From Eukaryota sp. TZLM1-RC (Eukaryota > Protista > Metamonada: BaSk clade): a DNA stretch of 64,000 nucleotides. The DNA lies in the NCBI GenBank assembly GCA_040285825.1, contig JAUPSS010000001.1:1736001-1800000 (forward strand). The letters are read 5' to 3'. Made by a program: the position numbers and the translations under genes. The notes below the pieces were generated by a model. The model was not told where the DNA came from and made no database searches. It worked only from the letters and a program-made list of their open reading frames with translations. Shown here in pieces: positions 36,531-49,020 of the stretch; the first letter of the stretch is position 1; every line of letters starts with the position of its first letter.

Positions 36531-38357
36531 TTCCATCAGGTTTGATTCCGTTTCCAGGCTTTACTAAAGCAATCAGACGTGCTGCGAGTAATTCAAATGG
36601 AGGATTAATTTTCAAAACAATCAATTGTTGAAAATAGTGGGCTAGATCATCAGCAATTTCGGGAGCACTGGAACACGCTATTTTTAACAGATCAAAAGAA
36701 ATTCCAGATGGGCCTGCTGCTTTCCCCTTTGGCAATTTTTGAATAGCTTTAAGAACTTCAATTGCAGTAATAGGATTTTCAATCCAAAATGGACACACTT
36801 CAGGCTTGCTGCACTTGAAATTTTCTTGAGGATGCAACTTTTGAAGTTTTTCAAGGGTATCAGAGTTTGCATCAGCCAAAGAAGAGGAAAACAAAGACTG
36901 CTTTGCGGCACCATAACGACCACGTAAGCACAATTTACGGCAAATTTTTGATTTTACAATTTTTCTATTTCCAAATTTTTTCTTAAAACAATTTTTGTTT
37001 TTTCTAGCAAAATATTTCCAGAAGGATGAAATATTCCACTTATTATTTTTCAATTCAGAAGTAAAATTTCTCATTTCCATTGAGAAGGGGATTGTGCTGG
37101 CGGGACTTATTTCTACTGGGATCCGGATCGGGGGTCTTACGGTATCAACGGCTTTACAATTCGTACAAAACAGAAGTTTTCGACCATTTCGTGAATTTGC
37201 AACATCTTTTTTGCAAAATGGACAACAAAAATTACTGTTTTCAGAAGGGGAAGAAGAGGGAACACTAGAAGCATTTAACTGTTGATCGTCAGAAACATTA
37301 TTTTCAGCACCTTTCACAACGGCAACAGCTGGAACAGAACATTTGAGAATTTGTTGAGCAGATTTTAATTCAAATTCATTGAGAACAGAATTTTTTGCTG
37401 ATTTATTGGATGTAGAACCAGGAATGTTGAAAAGCCATTTATTTTCTTCAGCAAATTTGGGGGGTATTGGATTTACTAAATCTTCAATTTTGTGTCAATC
37501 AGCATTCTTGGGTGGTGGCAAAAATTTTATTTATGAATTTTCTCGTAGATTTCCTGATGATTCCCATCTGTTAGTCCCCAATTGTAGTCCCTATTTGTAT
37601 AAGTTATCTTGTGAACTTGAAAAATTACCGCCACAAATTTGGACCAAATGCTTTCCTCAATCAATTCAAGAAATTCCAAACCGATCTCTATTTAATTTAC
37701 AGTTTTGCTGTAAAAAGCTTCAACAAAAATTGTCAAAGATTTTTGAAAGCTTGGATTTTGATGTTAGACTTGGCTTGGCCAAGAAAAAGAATCCCGCTTT
37801 TGCAAATCTTTTACAAGATATGTGTGACAGTACTTCTTCTGCCTTAGTAACAACAATTCCGCAAGTATATGGTACTCTCTTATCCGATTCTGCTTGGACT
37901 CTGAATATGAGATTTCGTTCCTTTATCTGGCCTGATAATTTACCTCATAATTTAATTTGTAAATGTTCTCGAGAAATTACATCTACTCATTTGTTAAATT
38001 GTAAACATTTTATTACTTTTAGAAGCAAGGTTCATGATGCTGTAAGAGACCAGTTATATTGTATGTGTAAATCTCATAGAATTGAATCCTTCTTGGAACC
38101 TCTGTTGTCAAATCTGTTTGATGCTGAAAATGATTTTCATAAGAATAATAGAGGTGATGTCATATTACCTGGATTAGATGGAAGCTTTATTTTATTGGAT
38201 GTAATGTCTGTTGATCCTTGTAATGCCTCAAATGAAAGGCTTGTTAATTCTGAAATTCATAATCCCCTTTCAAATGCTGAAAATTTTAAATTCAAAAAAT
38301 ACAATGAACCTTTGTTTTTTTTTTGGTTTAATTTTAATTTATTTTCAAAACCACAGT

Positions 38358-41300
38358 CTAAAAGTCAATATCTTCAAAACAAGCTTCCACACCATCAAAC
38401 CTTACAGCAGCAATGTTTTCATAATGTGCACTGACAGACATTAAAGCTTTCGAAATCATTTTAGGAATTGATTTGAAAATAGTAAAAACAATACGATTTA
38501 GCCACAAGCGACGATCAAAACGCTTATTCATTCTTTTTTTCACAAGATTTTCAAAATCATCAATAAAATTCAAAGCAGTTTTTCCAAGACGACCATACAA
38601 CGATACAATGGGCAAATTTGGTAATCTACATGGCGAACATGCTTCAATTCTTTTAAAGGATTTGCATACTTTTTCCGTTTGTACAATTCGGAGTCATCAA
38701 GGGGGGATACTTCGGATTGAGCATTTTTCAAGGCATTTTTCTTGCATACATCCACTGTTACGACATCAACAACATTCATGACATCATCAAACGAGGGCAC
38801 AACAACATCAGCACGTCGTTTTCCATATTCTGAATCTCTTACGCTTTCATTTATATCAAGAGACCTCAACAAAGGTTCTACAAAAGATTCAATATGATAG
38901 GAATTACACATTGCATGGATTTGATCTCTGACTGCATCATGCAACGTAGAACGATAGGAAATATATCTATTACAATTAAATAAATGTGATAATGTCAAAC
39001 CAGCTCCACATTTACAAAACAAATCATTGGGCAAATTACAAGGCCATAAATAACAACGCATTCTCATAGCAGTGGTCCATTGGTCGTCATTCAAAAATAG
39101 ACCATAAATCTGGGGAATTTGATTTATCAAAACTGCAGATGAACTGTCCTTCAAATCAATCAAAAAATTGGCAAAAGCAGGATTGTTTTTTTTTCTCCCT
39201 CCCTTAGTCAACCCTTTCATTTTTCACTTTCTGTCAAGGCGTCAAAGTCGTACTGTTTCTCTGTCAAAACGATGCCTTTGGCTGATAGTGACTCTGATAC
39301 TGATTGGAACGCCCAAGCAAAGATTCTACCAGTCAGATCAAGCTCATCCACTCCACTTCCCCACTCTCCCCACAATACAAGCTATGCTCGAAATTCATCT
39401 CAAAAAAATTTTCTTTCAAAAACTGATCATTGTACCAGAAAAAACACAGAAAAACCACCATTACGTTCCTTGCGTTCTGTTGCGCGTTCTATTAACAACC
39501 CCGTTTCTCGAAATTTGTTTTCTCCAGCTGAAACTGCAAAAAGTCAAAAGTCTATTTCTACTTTTAACTCAAAAATTGATAAAATTGAAAGAACTGAAAA
39601 TATGAAACCACTGCCATTAAAAGGTTCTAAAAAGTGTTCGATTTGTGGTATCAGTGGTCATAATTCGAGAACGTGCCCTGAGAAGCAAAAAAGAGAATTT
39701 GAATTAAAATCTGCTCAACAAATTCTCAAATGTTCTGTTCCAGCTGTTGCCGTTGTGAAAGGTGCTGAAAATGATGTTTCTGACGATCAACAGTTAAATG
39801 CTTCTAGTGTTTCCTCTTCTTCCTCTTCTGAAAACAGTAATTTTTGTTGTCCATTTTGCAAAAAAGATGTTGCAGATTCACGAAATGGTCGAAAACTTCT
39901 GTTTTGTACGCATTGTGAAGCCGTTGATACCGTAAGACCCCCGATCCGGATCCCAGTAGAAATAAGTCCCGCCAGCACAATCCCCTTCTCAATGGAAATG
40001 AGAAATTTTACTTCTGAATTGAAGAATAATAAGTGGAATATTTCATCCTTCTGGAAATATTTTGCTAGAAAAAACAAAAATTGTTTTAAGAAAAAATTTG
40101 GAAATAGAAAAATTGTAAAATCAAAAATTTGCCGAAAATTGTGCTTACGTGGTCGTTATGGTGCCGCAAAGCAGTCTTTGTTTTCCTCTTCTTTGGCTGA
40201 TGTAAACTCTGATACCCTTGAAAAACTCCAAAAGTTGCATCCTCAAGAAAATTTCAAGTGCAGCAAGCCTGAAGTGTGTCCTTTTTGGATTGAAAATCCT
40301 ATTACTGCAATTGAGGTTCTTAAAGCTATTCAAAAATTACCTAAGGGGAAAGCAGCAGGCCCATCTGGAATTTCTTTTGATCTCTTAAAAATAGCGTGTT
40401 CCAGTGCTCCCGAAATTGCTGATGATCTAGCCCACTATTTTCAACAATTAATTGTTTTGAAAATAAATCCTCCATTTGAATTGCTCGCAGCACGTCTGAT
40501 TGCTTTAGTAAAGCCTGGAAACGGAATCAAACCTGATGGAATACGCCCAATTGCTGTTGGTGAATCGCTTTCTCGTTTGCTGGCATCAATTGTCTTCGAT
40601 CGTGTCAAAGACAAAGCTTCTACTTTTTTAAATCCTCATCAATTTGGAATCAAAACAATTGATGGTGCTTCTGTTGCTGCTATTGCCTCTGATACCTTTT
40701 TTAATGCAGAGGAAAATAATTTTATTTTTAATCTCGACTTTAAAAATGCTTTTAATTCTGTAAAGCGAGAAGCAATTTTTGAAGTTATTAAATCTGATTT
40801 TCCTGAGCTATCGAGTTTTTTCTACCATTTTTATGGTAAAGAATCAGATTTAATTTTTAATTCATTTGCTCTTAAATCATCTTCTGGTGTGAAGCAAGGT
40901 GACCCTTTAGGTCCATTATTGTTTTGTTTAGCTATTCACAAAACTTTAAATATCATTAAGCAAAAATACCCTTCTATAAAAATAGTTGCTTATATGGATG
41001 ATATATCCTTGATTGGTTCATTTGATTTACTAGAATTGGTCGCTCAAGAAATTGCCGATTCATATGAAAATATTGGGCTTCATCTTAATGCCAGCAAATG
41101 CCTTCTGATTGGCTCTTCTGCTCAAGACCTCGTGATAAACGATTCTATTGTCCCTTTTACTAATTATAGTAGTGATGCTTTTAAGTTCCTTGGTTGTTGG
41201 TTAGGAAATGTGCCTCAAATTCAGAATGAATTGCAAGTTATTTTGGAAAAATGAAAATTGAACTTGATTCAATTTCTTCTTTAGATATAGAAAAGCATAT

Positions 41301-44300
41301 TAAATTTTTTATGCTTAAAATTTGCTACACTGGGAGAATAACCCACATTTTGAGATCTTGTGCTCCTTCCATAGCATTAGATTTTTGTCGTTCTTTTAAT
41401 TCATTGAGAACAGAATTTTTTGCTGATTTATTGGATGTAGAACCAGGAATGTTGAAAAGCCATTTATTTTCTTCAGCAAATTTGGGGGTATTGGATTTAC
41501 TAAATCTTCAATTTTGTGTCAATCAGCATTCTTGGGTGGTGGCAAAAATTTTATTTATGAATTTTCTCGTAGATTTCCTGATGATTCCCATCTGTTAGTC
41601 CCCAATTGTAGTCCCTATTTGTATGAGTTATCTTGTGAACTTGAAAAATTACCGCCACAAATTTGGACCAAATGCTTTCCTCAATCAATTCAAGAAATTC
41701 CAAACCGATCTCTATTTAATTTACAGTTTTGCTGTAAAAAGCTTCAACAAAAATTGTCAAAGATTTTTGAAAGCTTGGATTTTGATGTTAGACTTGGCTT
41801 GGCCAAGAAAAAGAATCCCGCTTTTGCAAATCTTTTACAAGATATGTGTGACAGTACTTCTTCTGCCTTAGTAACAACAATTCCACAAGTTTATGGTACT
41901 CTCTTATCCGATTCTGCTTGGACTCTGAATATGAGATTTCGTTCCTTTATCTGGCCTGATAATTTACCTCATAATTTAATTTGTAAATGTTCTCGAGAAA
42001 TTACAACTACTCATTTGTTAAATTGTAAACATTTTATTACTTTTAGAAGCAAGGTTCATGATGCTGTAAGAGACCAGTTATATTGTATGTGTAAATCTCA
42101 TAGAATTGAATCCTTCTTGGAACCTCTGTTGTCAAATCTGTTTGATGCTGAAAATGATTTTCATAAGAATAATAGAGGTGATGTCATATTACCTGGATTA
42201 GATGGAAGCTTTATTTTATTGGATGTAATGTCTGTTGATCCTTGTAATGCCTCAAATGAAAGGCTTGTTAATTCTGAAATTCATAATCCCCTTTCAAATG
42301 CTGAAAATTTTAAATTCAAAAAATACAATGAACCTTTGTCCAAATTGGCCAGTCTACAGCATGCAAAAATACAATTTGTATCCATTTGTATTTTCCCTTT
42401 TGGTTCACTTGCACCAACTGCTTTACGTTTTTTGGATGATTTTGAAATGATTGTAAAGAGAAGAACTGGCAGAAATTTCAACAGATTGTTTTGGCAAAAT
42501 AGAATTGTGTTTTCTATTTTTAAGGGGATGTTGAAGATGGTTTCTGATGCTTTGCTTTCTCTTGGATCTCACTATGAGAGAGTTGCATCTAGTGTTTTTG
42601 TTTTGGGAGAGATGGATTTTTTTAGATGTTGATTTATAGGTTTAGAATAAAATTAATTTTTTTTAAAAAAAAAAAAAGCAGGATTTTCTTTCTTAGCCGT
42701 GCTAAGTCGAACAATAAAATCCTTGTTTTCAAAATTTTTCAAAAGATGTCGTTGGAGCTTTTTCAACGCAAATTTTAATGAATATAAACTTCTGTCTGGA
42801 ATTTCTTGAATGGATATGGGGAAACATGATTGCCATAAGTCGGGAGATAAACTGGATATTTCTTCTCTTAAGTTATCCAGGAATATGCTATTTGTATTTT
42901 CAAGAAGATTTTCGGCAAAAGGATATCTTCTAGAGAATTCAAATACAAAATTTTTTCCACCACCAATAAATGCAGCTTTGGTCAAATATTTTGATGAATT
43001 GAATCCAACACCACCAAGTTGAACATCAGAAAAAATATGATTTTTCAAAATTGATGGATCAACAGACATTAAATAAGCCAAAAATTGGGTACGTATTTTG
43101 TTAAATTGTCTACAAAAATTGTAAGTTAGGGATGGAGGTAATGATCGCAGTAAATGAGTAATTTTTCCAGCATAACAAATTTTCAAAAGAAAAAACTTAA
43201 GATGTTTTTCCAATTCAAGAGTCTTTATGACTTCTAGCTCTTTTTTAATTGAATTTAAATAATTTTCAAGGCTGTCAAGTGTCTTTTCGGCAGAACCTAA
43301 ATAGCAACCCAGAAAGCAGAAACTAGTTGAAGTATAATCAATATATGGAACTTCGAGGGAATTAATTATTAACTTAACATTTTTTCTAGAAATACAAAAA
43401 CATTTTTGAACATTCAAGTGAAGACCTATGGATTGGTATAATGTAGCAGCTTCATTAGCAACCCTATTAATTGTACTTTCTGGACCAATACAAGAAATGT
43501 CATCCATGTAAGCTACCACTTGAAGGTCAGAATTTTCTTCTTTTAATTTTTTTCAAAATTGGGTGAATTGCAAGACAAAAAAAGAAAAGGACCTAAAGGG
43601 TCTCCTTGTTTAACTCCTGATAAAGAATCCAGATTAAAAGAATTAAAAATTAAATCAGATGAATTACCATAAAACCTATAAAAAAAAGGTTTCGAGTTCA
43701 GGAAAATTTGATTTGATTTCTTTCCAAATTGAATCTCTTTTCACTGAATTGAAAGCATTTTTGAAATCAAGATTAAAAATGCAACTATTTTCGTGACAAT
43801 TGAAAAACAGATCAGATGTCAAAGCTGCAACTGAAGCTCCATCAATGGTTTTGATTCCATATTGGAATGGAGAAAAGTATTCTTTAGCTTTTGTTGAAAC
43901 TCGATTAAAAATTACTGAAGACATCAGGCGATAAATGGCTTCACCTATGGCAATTGGGCGAACTTTTCCATTAGGTTTAGTTAAAGCCACTAACCTTGAT
44001 GCACTTAATTCTTTGGGTGGAACAATTTTCATTGTCAAAACATCTTGAAAAAAGGAACATAAATCTTTAATAATAAAGGAATTTTGGCGGCACACAGATT
44101 TCAGCATATCAAAAGTAATTCCAGATGGACCTGGAGCTTTTCCAGATGGAAGACGGAAAATGGCAGTTTCAACTTCTTTTTCAGAAAGTGGATTTTGTTT
44201 CCAAAATTGTGAAGCAGATGGTTTATCCAAATTAAGAAATTCAGCTGGATGCAGATCTACTAATTGATTTACAGTTTCATCAGTCACAGGAGCAAGATCA

Positions 44301-45051
44301 GATGAGAACAGAGCGTTTTTCCCTGAACCATATCTCCCACGTAGCAAAAGTTTTCGTACAGTCTTAATCTTGGGTTGTTTCTTTGGAGTGAAAACCTTTT
44401 GGGGACGAGAACCTGATTTTTGTTCAAGGAAGAATTTCCAAATAGAAAATATATCCCATTCTCCTTTTTTCAAAGCAAGACTGAATGTTCTAAACGCAAC
44501 AGAAAAGGGAATGGAAGCCTTGGGACTGAGAACATTCGGAATCTTACATGGAGGCCGTAATGTATCAAGCGAGGAGCAAACATGGCATACATATAAATTA
44601 TTTTTTAAAATATATCTTTCAGCTTTTCATTACAAATAGCACAATTATCAATTTGACTTGCTTCAAGGGGAATATCTAACATCACTGCATCATTGTCTTC
44701 TGCAGTGCACTCATCTTTGGGAGGTAAATTAAATTCTAAATTATGTAATTCAGCGGCAGCGGCGGTTACAGAATAAGAAATAGATGGATTTTGATAATTT
44801 TCACATTTTTTAGAATTCTTTTTATGACCAACTTTATGACAGGATGAGCAACGGGGAACATTTTTTGAGAGTTTAGTGTTTTTTGCGGCACGCTGATCAT
44901 TTTTTGAATTGAAAATTTTTTGAGAAGAATTTCGAGCATAGCTTGGAGGGTGGGGAGAGTGGAGGAGTGAAGGGGATGAGCTTGATCTGTCAGGTAGAAC
45001 CTTTACTTGGGCATTCCAATCAGTATCGGAGTCACTATCAGTCTCTGGCAT
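38358..45051 (-). CDS. Family B RT-RLE polyprotein (~1060 aa reconstructed; interrupted by A5)
   Basis: MPETDSDSD start; CSSCHKVGHKKNSKKC; CAIC..CHVC; GPSG, RPIAIGE, DFKNAF, QGDPLGP, YMDD, FLG, LGGVG, CKC..HLFNC, RSTLHD, RRAD..DV..KRKKY; ends ACFEDIDF. Confidence 0.87.
39185..42673 (+). mobile_element. Family A full-length copy A5 (innermost element of the nest)
   Basis: 5' G-T9 tract, poly(A), TSD AAAAGCAGGATT 39173-39184 / 42674-42685. Confidence 0.96.
39272..42639 (+). CDS. Family A RT-RLE polyprotein (~1122 aa)
   Basis: 660 aa continuous ORF 39272-41254; remaining breaks are single-base homopolymer indels. Confidence 0.92.
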
Positions 45052-48000
45052 CGTTTTGGGAGAGACACAGTACAACTTTGACGCCAACACAGAAAGTGAA
45101 AAATGAGAGGCTTGACCAAAAGAGGGAGAAAAAAAAATGAATGAACCTTTGTCCAAATTGGCCAGTCTACAGCATGCAAAATACAATTTGTATCCATTTG
45201 TATTTTCCCTTTTTGGTTCACTTGCACCAACTGCTTTACGTTTTTTGGATGATTTTGAAATGATTGTAAAGAGAAGTACTGGCAGAAATTTCAACAGATT
45301 GTTTTGGCAAAATAGAATTGTGTTTTCTATTTTTAAGGGGATGTTGATGATGGTTTCTGATGCTTTGCTTTCTCTTGGATCTCACTATGAGAGAGTTGCA
45401 TCTAGTGTTTTTGTTTTGGGAGAGATGGATTTTTTAGATGTTGATTTATAGGTTTAGAATAAAATTAATTTTTTTTAAAAAAAAAAAGATTTTAATTCAA
45501 ATTCTCTTTTTTGTTTCTCAGGGCACGTTCTCGAATTATGACCACTGATACCACAAATCGAACATTTTTTAGAACCTTTTAATGGCAGTGGTTTCATTTT
45601 TTCAGTTCTTTCAATTTTGTCAATTTTTGAGTTAAAAGTAGAAATAGACTTTTGACTTTTTGCAGTTTCAGCTGGAGAAAACAAATTTCGAGAAACGGAG
45701 TTGTTAATAGAACGCGCAACAGAACGCAAGGAACGTAATGGTGGTTTTTCTGTGTTTTTTCTGGTACAATGATCAGTTTTTGAATGAGAATTTTTTTGAG
45801 ATGAATTTCGAGCATAGCCTGTATTGTGGGGAGAGTGGGGAAGTGGAGTGGATGAGCTTGATCTGACTGGTAGAATCTTTGCTTGGGCGTTCCAATCAGT
45901 ATCAGAGTCACTATCAGCCAAAGGCATCGTTTTGACAGAGAAACAGTACGACTTTAGAAACAGTAGTCCAAGCAGAATCGGATAAGAGAGTACCATAAAC
46001 TTGTGGAATTGTTGTTACTAAGGCAGAAGAAGTACTGTCACACATATCTTGTAAAAGATTTGCAAAAGCGGGATTCTTTTTCTTGGCCAAGCCAAGTCTA
46101 ACATCAAAATCCAAGCTTTCAAAAATCTTTGACAATTTTTGTTGAAGCTTTTTACAGCAAAACTGTAAATTAAATAGAGATCGGTTTGGAATTTCTTGAA
46201 TTGATTGAGGAAAACATTTGGTCCAAATTTGTGGCGGTAATTTTTCAAGTTCACAAGATAACTCATACAAATAGGGACTACAATTGGGGACTAACAGATG
46301 AGAATCATTAGGAAATCTACGAGAAAATTCATAAATAAAATTTTTGCCACCACCCAAGAATGCTGATTGACACAAAATTGAAGATTTAGTAAAACCAATA
46401 CCACCCAAATTTGCTGAAGAAAATAAATGGCTTTTCAACATTCCTGGTTCTACATCCAATAAATCAGCAAAAATTCTGTTCTCAATGAATTAAAAGAACG
46501 ACAAAAATCTAATGCTATGGAAGGAGCACAAGATCTCAAAATGTGGGTTATTCTCCCAGTGTAGCAAATTTTAAGCATGAAAAATTTAATATGCTTTTCT
46601 ATATCTAAAGAAGAAATTGAATCAAGTTCAATTTTCATTTTTTCCAAAATAACTTGCAATTCATTCTGAATTTGAGGCACATTTCCTAACCAACAACCAA
46701 GGAACTTAAAAGCATCACTACTATAATTAGTAAAAGGGACAATAGAATCGTTTATCACGAGGTCTTGAGCAGAAGAGCCAATCAGAAGGCATTTGCTGGC
46801 ATTAAGATGAAGCCCAATATTTTCATATGAATCGGCAATTTCTTGAGCAACCAATTCTAGTAAATCAAATGAACCAATCAAGGATATATCATCCATATAA
46901 GCAACTATTTTTATAGAAGGGTATTTTTGCTTAATGATATTTAAAGTTTTGTGAATAGCTAAACAAAACAATAATGGGCCTAAAGGATCTCCCTGCTTCA
47001 CTCCAGAAGATGATTTAAGACCAAATGAATTAAAAATTAAATCTGATTCTTTCCCATAAAAATGGTAGAAAAAACTCGATAGCTCAGGAAAATCAGATTT
47101 AATAACTTCAAAAATTGCTTCTCGCTTTACAGAATTAAAAGCATTCTTAAAGTCGAGATTAAAAATAAAATTATTTTCCTCTGCATTGAAAAAGGTATCA
47201 GAGGCAATAGCAGCAACAGAAGCACCATCAATTGTTTTGATTCCAAATTGATGAGGATTCAAAAATGTAGAAGCTTTGTCTTTGACACGATCGAAGACAA
47301 TTGATGCTAGCAAACGAGAAAGAGATTCACCAACAGCAATTGGGCGTATTCCATCAGGTTTGATTCCGTTTCCAGGCTTTACTAAAGCAATCAGACGTGC
47401 TGCGAGTAATTCAAATGGAGGATTAATTTTCAAAACAATTAATTGTTGAAAATAGTGGGCTAGATCATCAGCAATTTCGGGAGCACTGGAACATGCTATT
47501 TTTAAGAGATCAAAAGAAATTCCAGATGGGCCTGCTGCTTTCCCCTTTGGCAATTTTTGAATAGCTTAGAACTTCAAATCAAAATGAAAAGATTTGATAT
47601 TTTTTTATGGCGTTCACGGATTCAATTTGCCATTATTAATAGATTACCGCGGTTTTTCAATCGAATTAGAGAAGCTTTAGCTAGACAGCAAGCAAATCAA
47701 GATTTTGTAGAGGAAATCTTGGTTTAATGATAGTCATCCCATTAGTTATGATTTAATTTAATCAAGTGTGCAAATTCAATAAATTAATATATTTATTTTC
47801 AAAACCACAGTCTAAAAGTCAATTTCTTCAAAACAAGCTTCCACACCATCAAACCTTACAGCAGCAATGTTTTCATAATGTGCACTGACAGACATTAAAG
47901 CTTTCGAAATCATTTTAGGAATTGATTTGAAAATAGTAAAAACAATACGATTTAGCCACAAGCGACGATCAAAACGCTTATTCATTCTTTTTTTCACAAG

Positions 48001-48380
48001 ATTTTCAAAATCATCAATAAAATTCAAAGCAGTTTTTCCAAGACGACCATACAACGATATAGCAAATGGGCAAATTTGGTAATCTACATGGCGAACATGT
48101 TTCAATTCTTTTAAAGGATTTGCATACTTTTTCCGTTTGTACAATTCGGAGTCATCAAGGGGGGATACTTCGGATTGAGCATTTTTCAAGGCATTTTTCT
48201 TGCAAACATCCACTGTTACGACATCAACAACATTCATGACATCATCAAACGAGGGCACAACAACATCAGCACGTCGTTTTCCATATTCTGAATCTCTTAC
48301 GCTTTCATTTATATCAAGAGACCTCAACAAAGGTTCTACAAAAGATTCAATAGAAGTCATAAAGACTCTTGAATTGGAAA

Positions 48381-48737
48381 AACAAAAGCTTCAATGTGAT
48401 GGCTTTTGCACATAGCGTATAGTTGGTCTCTAACAGCATCGTGAACAACTGAGCGATATGTAATATTAAATTTGCAATTAAATAAATGATTCAGATTAAT
48501 GAGCTGACCACAACGACAAATCAAATCATTTGGCACACTGCATGGCCACAGGAAACACCTCATCCTGAAGGCAGTTGTCCATTGATGATCATTTAATAAT
48601 AGACCATATACATTTGGAATCTGGGAAATAAGACAACTTGAGCTACTATCCTTGAGGTCAATCAAAAAGTTTGCAAAAACGGGATTCTTTTCTTTAGCCA
48701 AGCTAAGACGAACAGTGAAATCCAAGTTTTCAAAAAC
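48381..48737 (-). mobile_element. Family C internal fragment
   Basis: Reverse complement of ~16786-17143; has AAA (Lys) where the other C copies have TAA. Confidence 0.9.
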
Positions 48738-49020
48738 TAAACGTATTCTTGCTTCAGCTGTGTTTGGCAGGATTGGTAAAAAGGCTAAAGATTTTTTTAG
48801 TCCTTTCCAATTTGGAATTAAAACAGTTGATGGTGCATCTTCTGCAGCACTCTCTTCTGATGTCTTTTTTAATTCCAATACTTCGAATTATATTTTTAAT
48901 TTAGATTTTAAAAACGCATTCAATGCAGTGAAGAGGTCGTCCATCTTGCCCTTGCTTCAAACTCATTTTCCAGAAGCTGAGTCGTTCTTTTACAATTTTT
49001 ATGGCTCACAGTCAACTCTC
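48738..49020 (+). mobile_element. RT-domain fragment of a related family (not A, B or D; possibly the inverted 5' part of C, or E)
   Basis: KRILASAVF..PFQFGIKTVDGASSAALSSD..LDFKNAFNAVKR, distinct from the A/B/D versions. Confidence 0.8.

Larger units (their letters stand above)
38316..45139 (-). mobile_element. Family B full-length non-LTR retrotransposon (~3.3 kb) split by A5
   Basis: 5' T9-CTCCCTCTTTTGG, poly(A), TSD AATGAACCTTTGT 38303-38315 / 45140-45152. Confidence 0.95.
37373..45486 (+). mobile_element. Family A 5'-truncated copy (37373-38315 plus 45140-45486) inserted antisense in A
   Basis: TSD AGATTTTAATTCA 37360-37372 / 45487-45499 plus 5 nt microhomology AATTC. Confidence 0.92.
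30291..45964 (-). mobile_element. Family A near-full-length copy (lacks ~55 nt at 5' end), pieces 30291-30886, 31472-33037, 36531-37377, 45487-45955
   Basis: TSD AGTCCAAGC 30282-30290 / 45965-45973; three internal insertions, each with TSD. Confidence 0.9.
28516..47582 (-). mobile_element. Family A 5'-truncated copy in D, in pieces 28516-28873, 29882-30290, 45965-47576
   Basis: TSD AATGAAAAGATTT 28503-28515 / 47583-47595; pieces are contiguous in family A coordinates. Confidence 0.9.
23993..47790 (+). mobile_element. Family D 5'-truncated copy in four pieces (23993-24250, 24853-25704, 27287-28515, 47583-47790)
   Basis: Pieces join in frame across three TSDs: RT motifs, GGLG, CIC..HALNC, RSSLHD, DRGD..DFV..KEKHRKY, ends NQDFVEEILV-TAA (47727), AATAAA. 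Confidence 0.92.
23966..48352 (-). mobile_element. Family B 5'-truncated copy forming the outermost shell of the nest (tail 23966-23992, body 47791-48352)
   Basis: ATTTATTTT repeat at 23984-23992 and 47791-47799 rejoins the B tail to its 3' UTR and RLE coding region. Confidence 0.8.

Noticed and set aside
43126-43131. Telomeric repeat as target (TTAGGG), as for MoTeR or Cnl1
   Set aside because: Only isolated hexamers inside the B coding sequence; no tandem telomeric repeat at any junction in this window.
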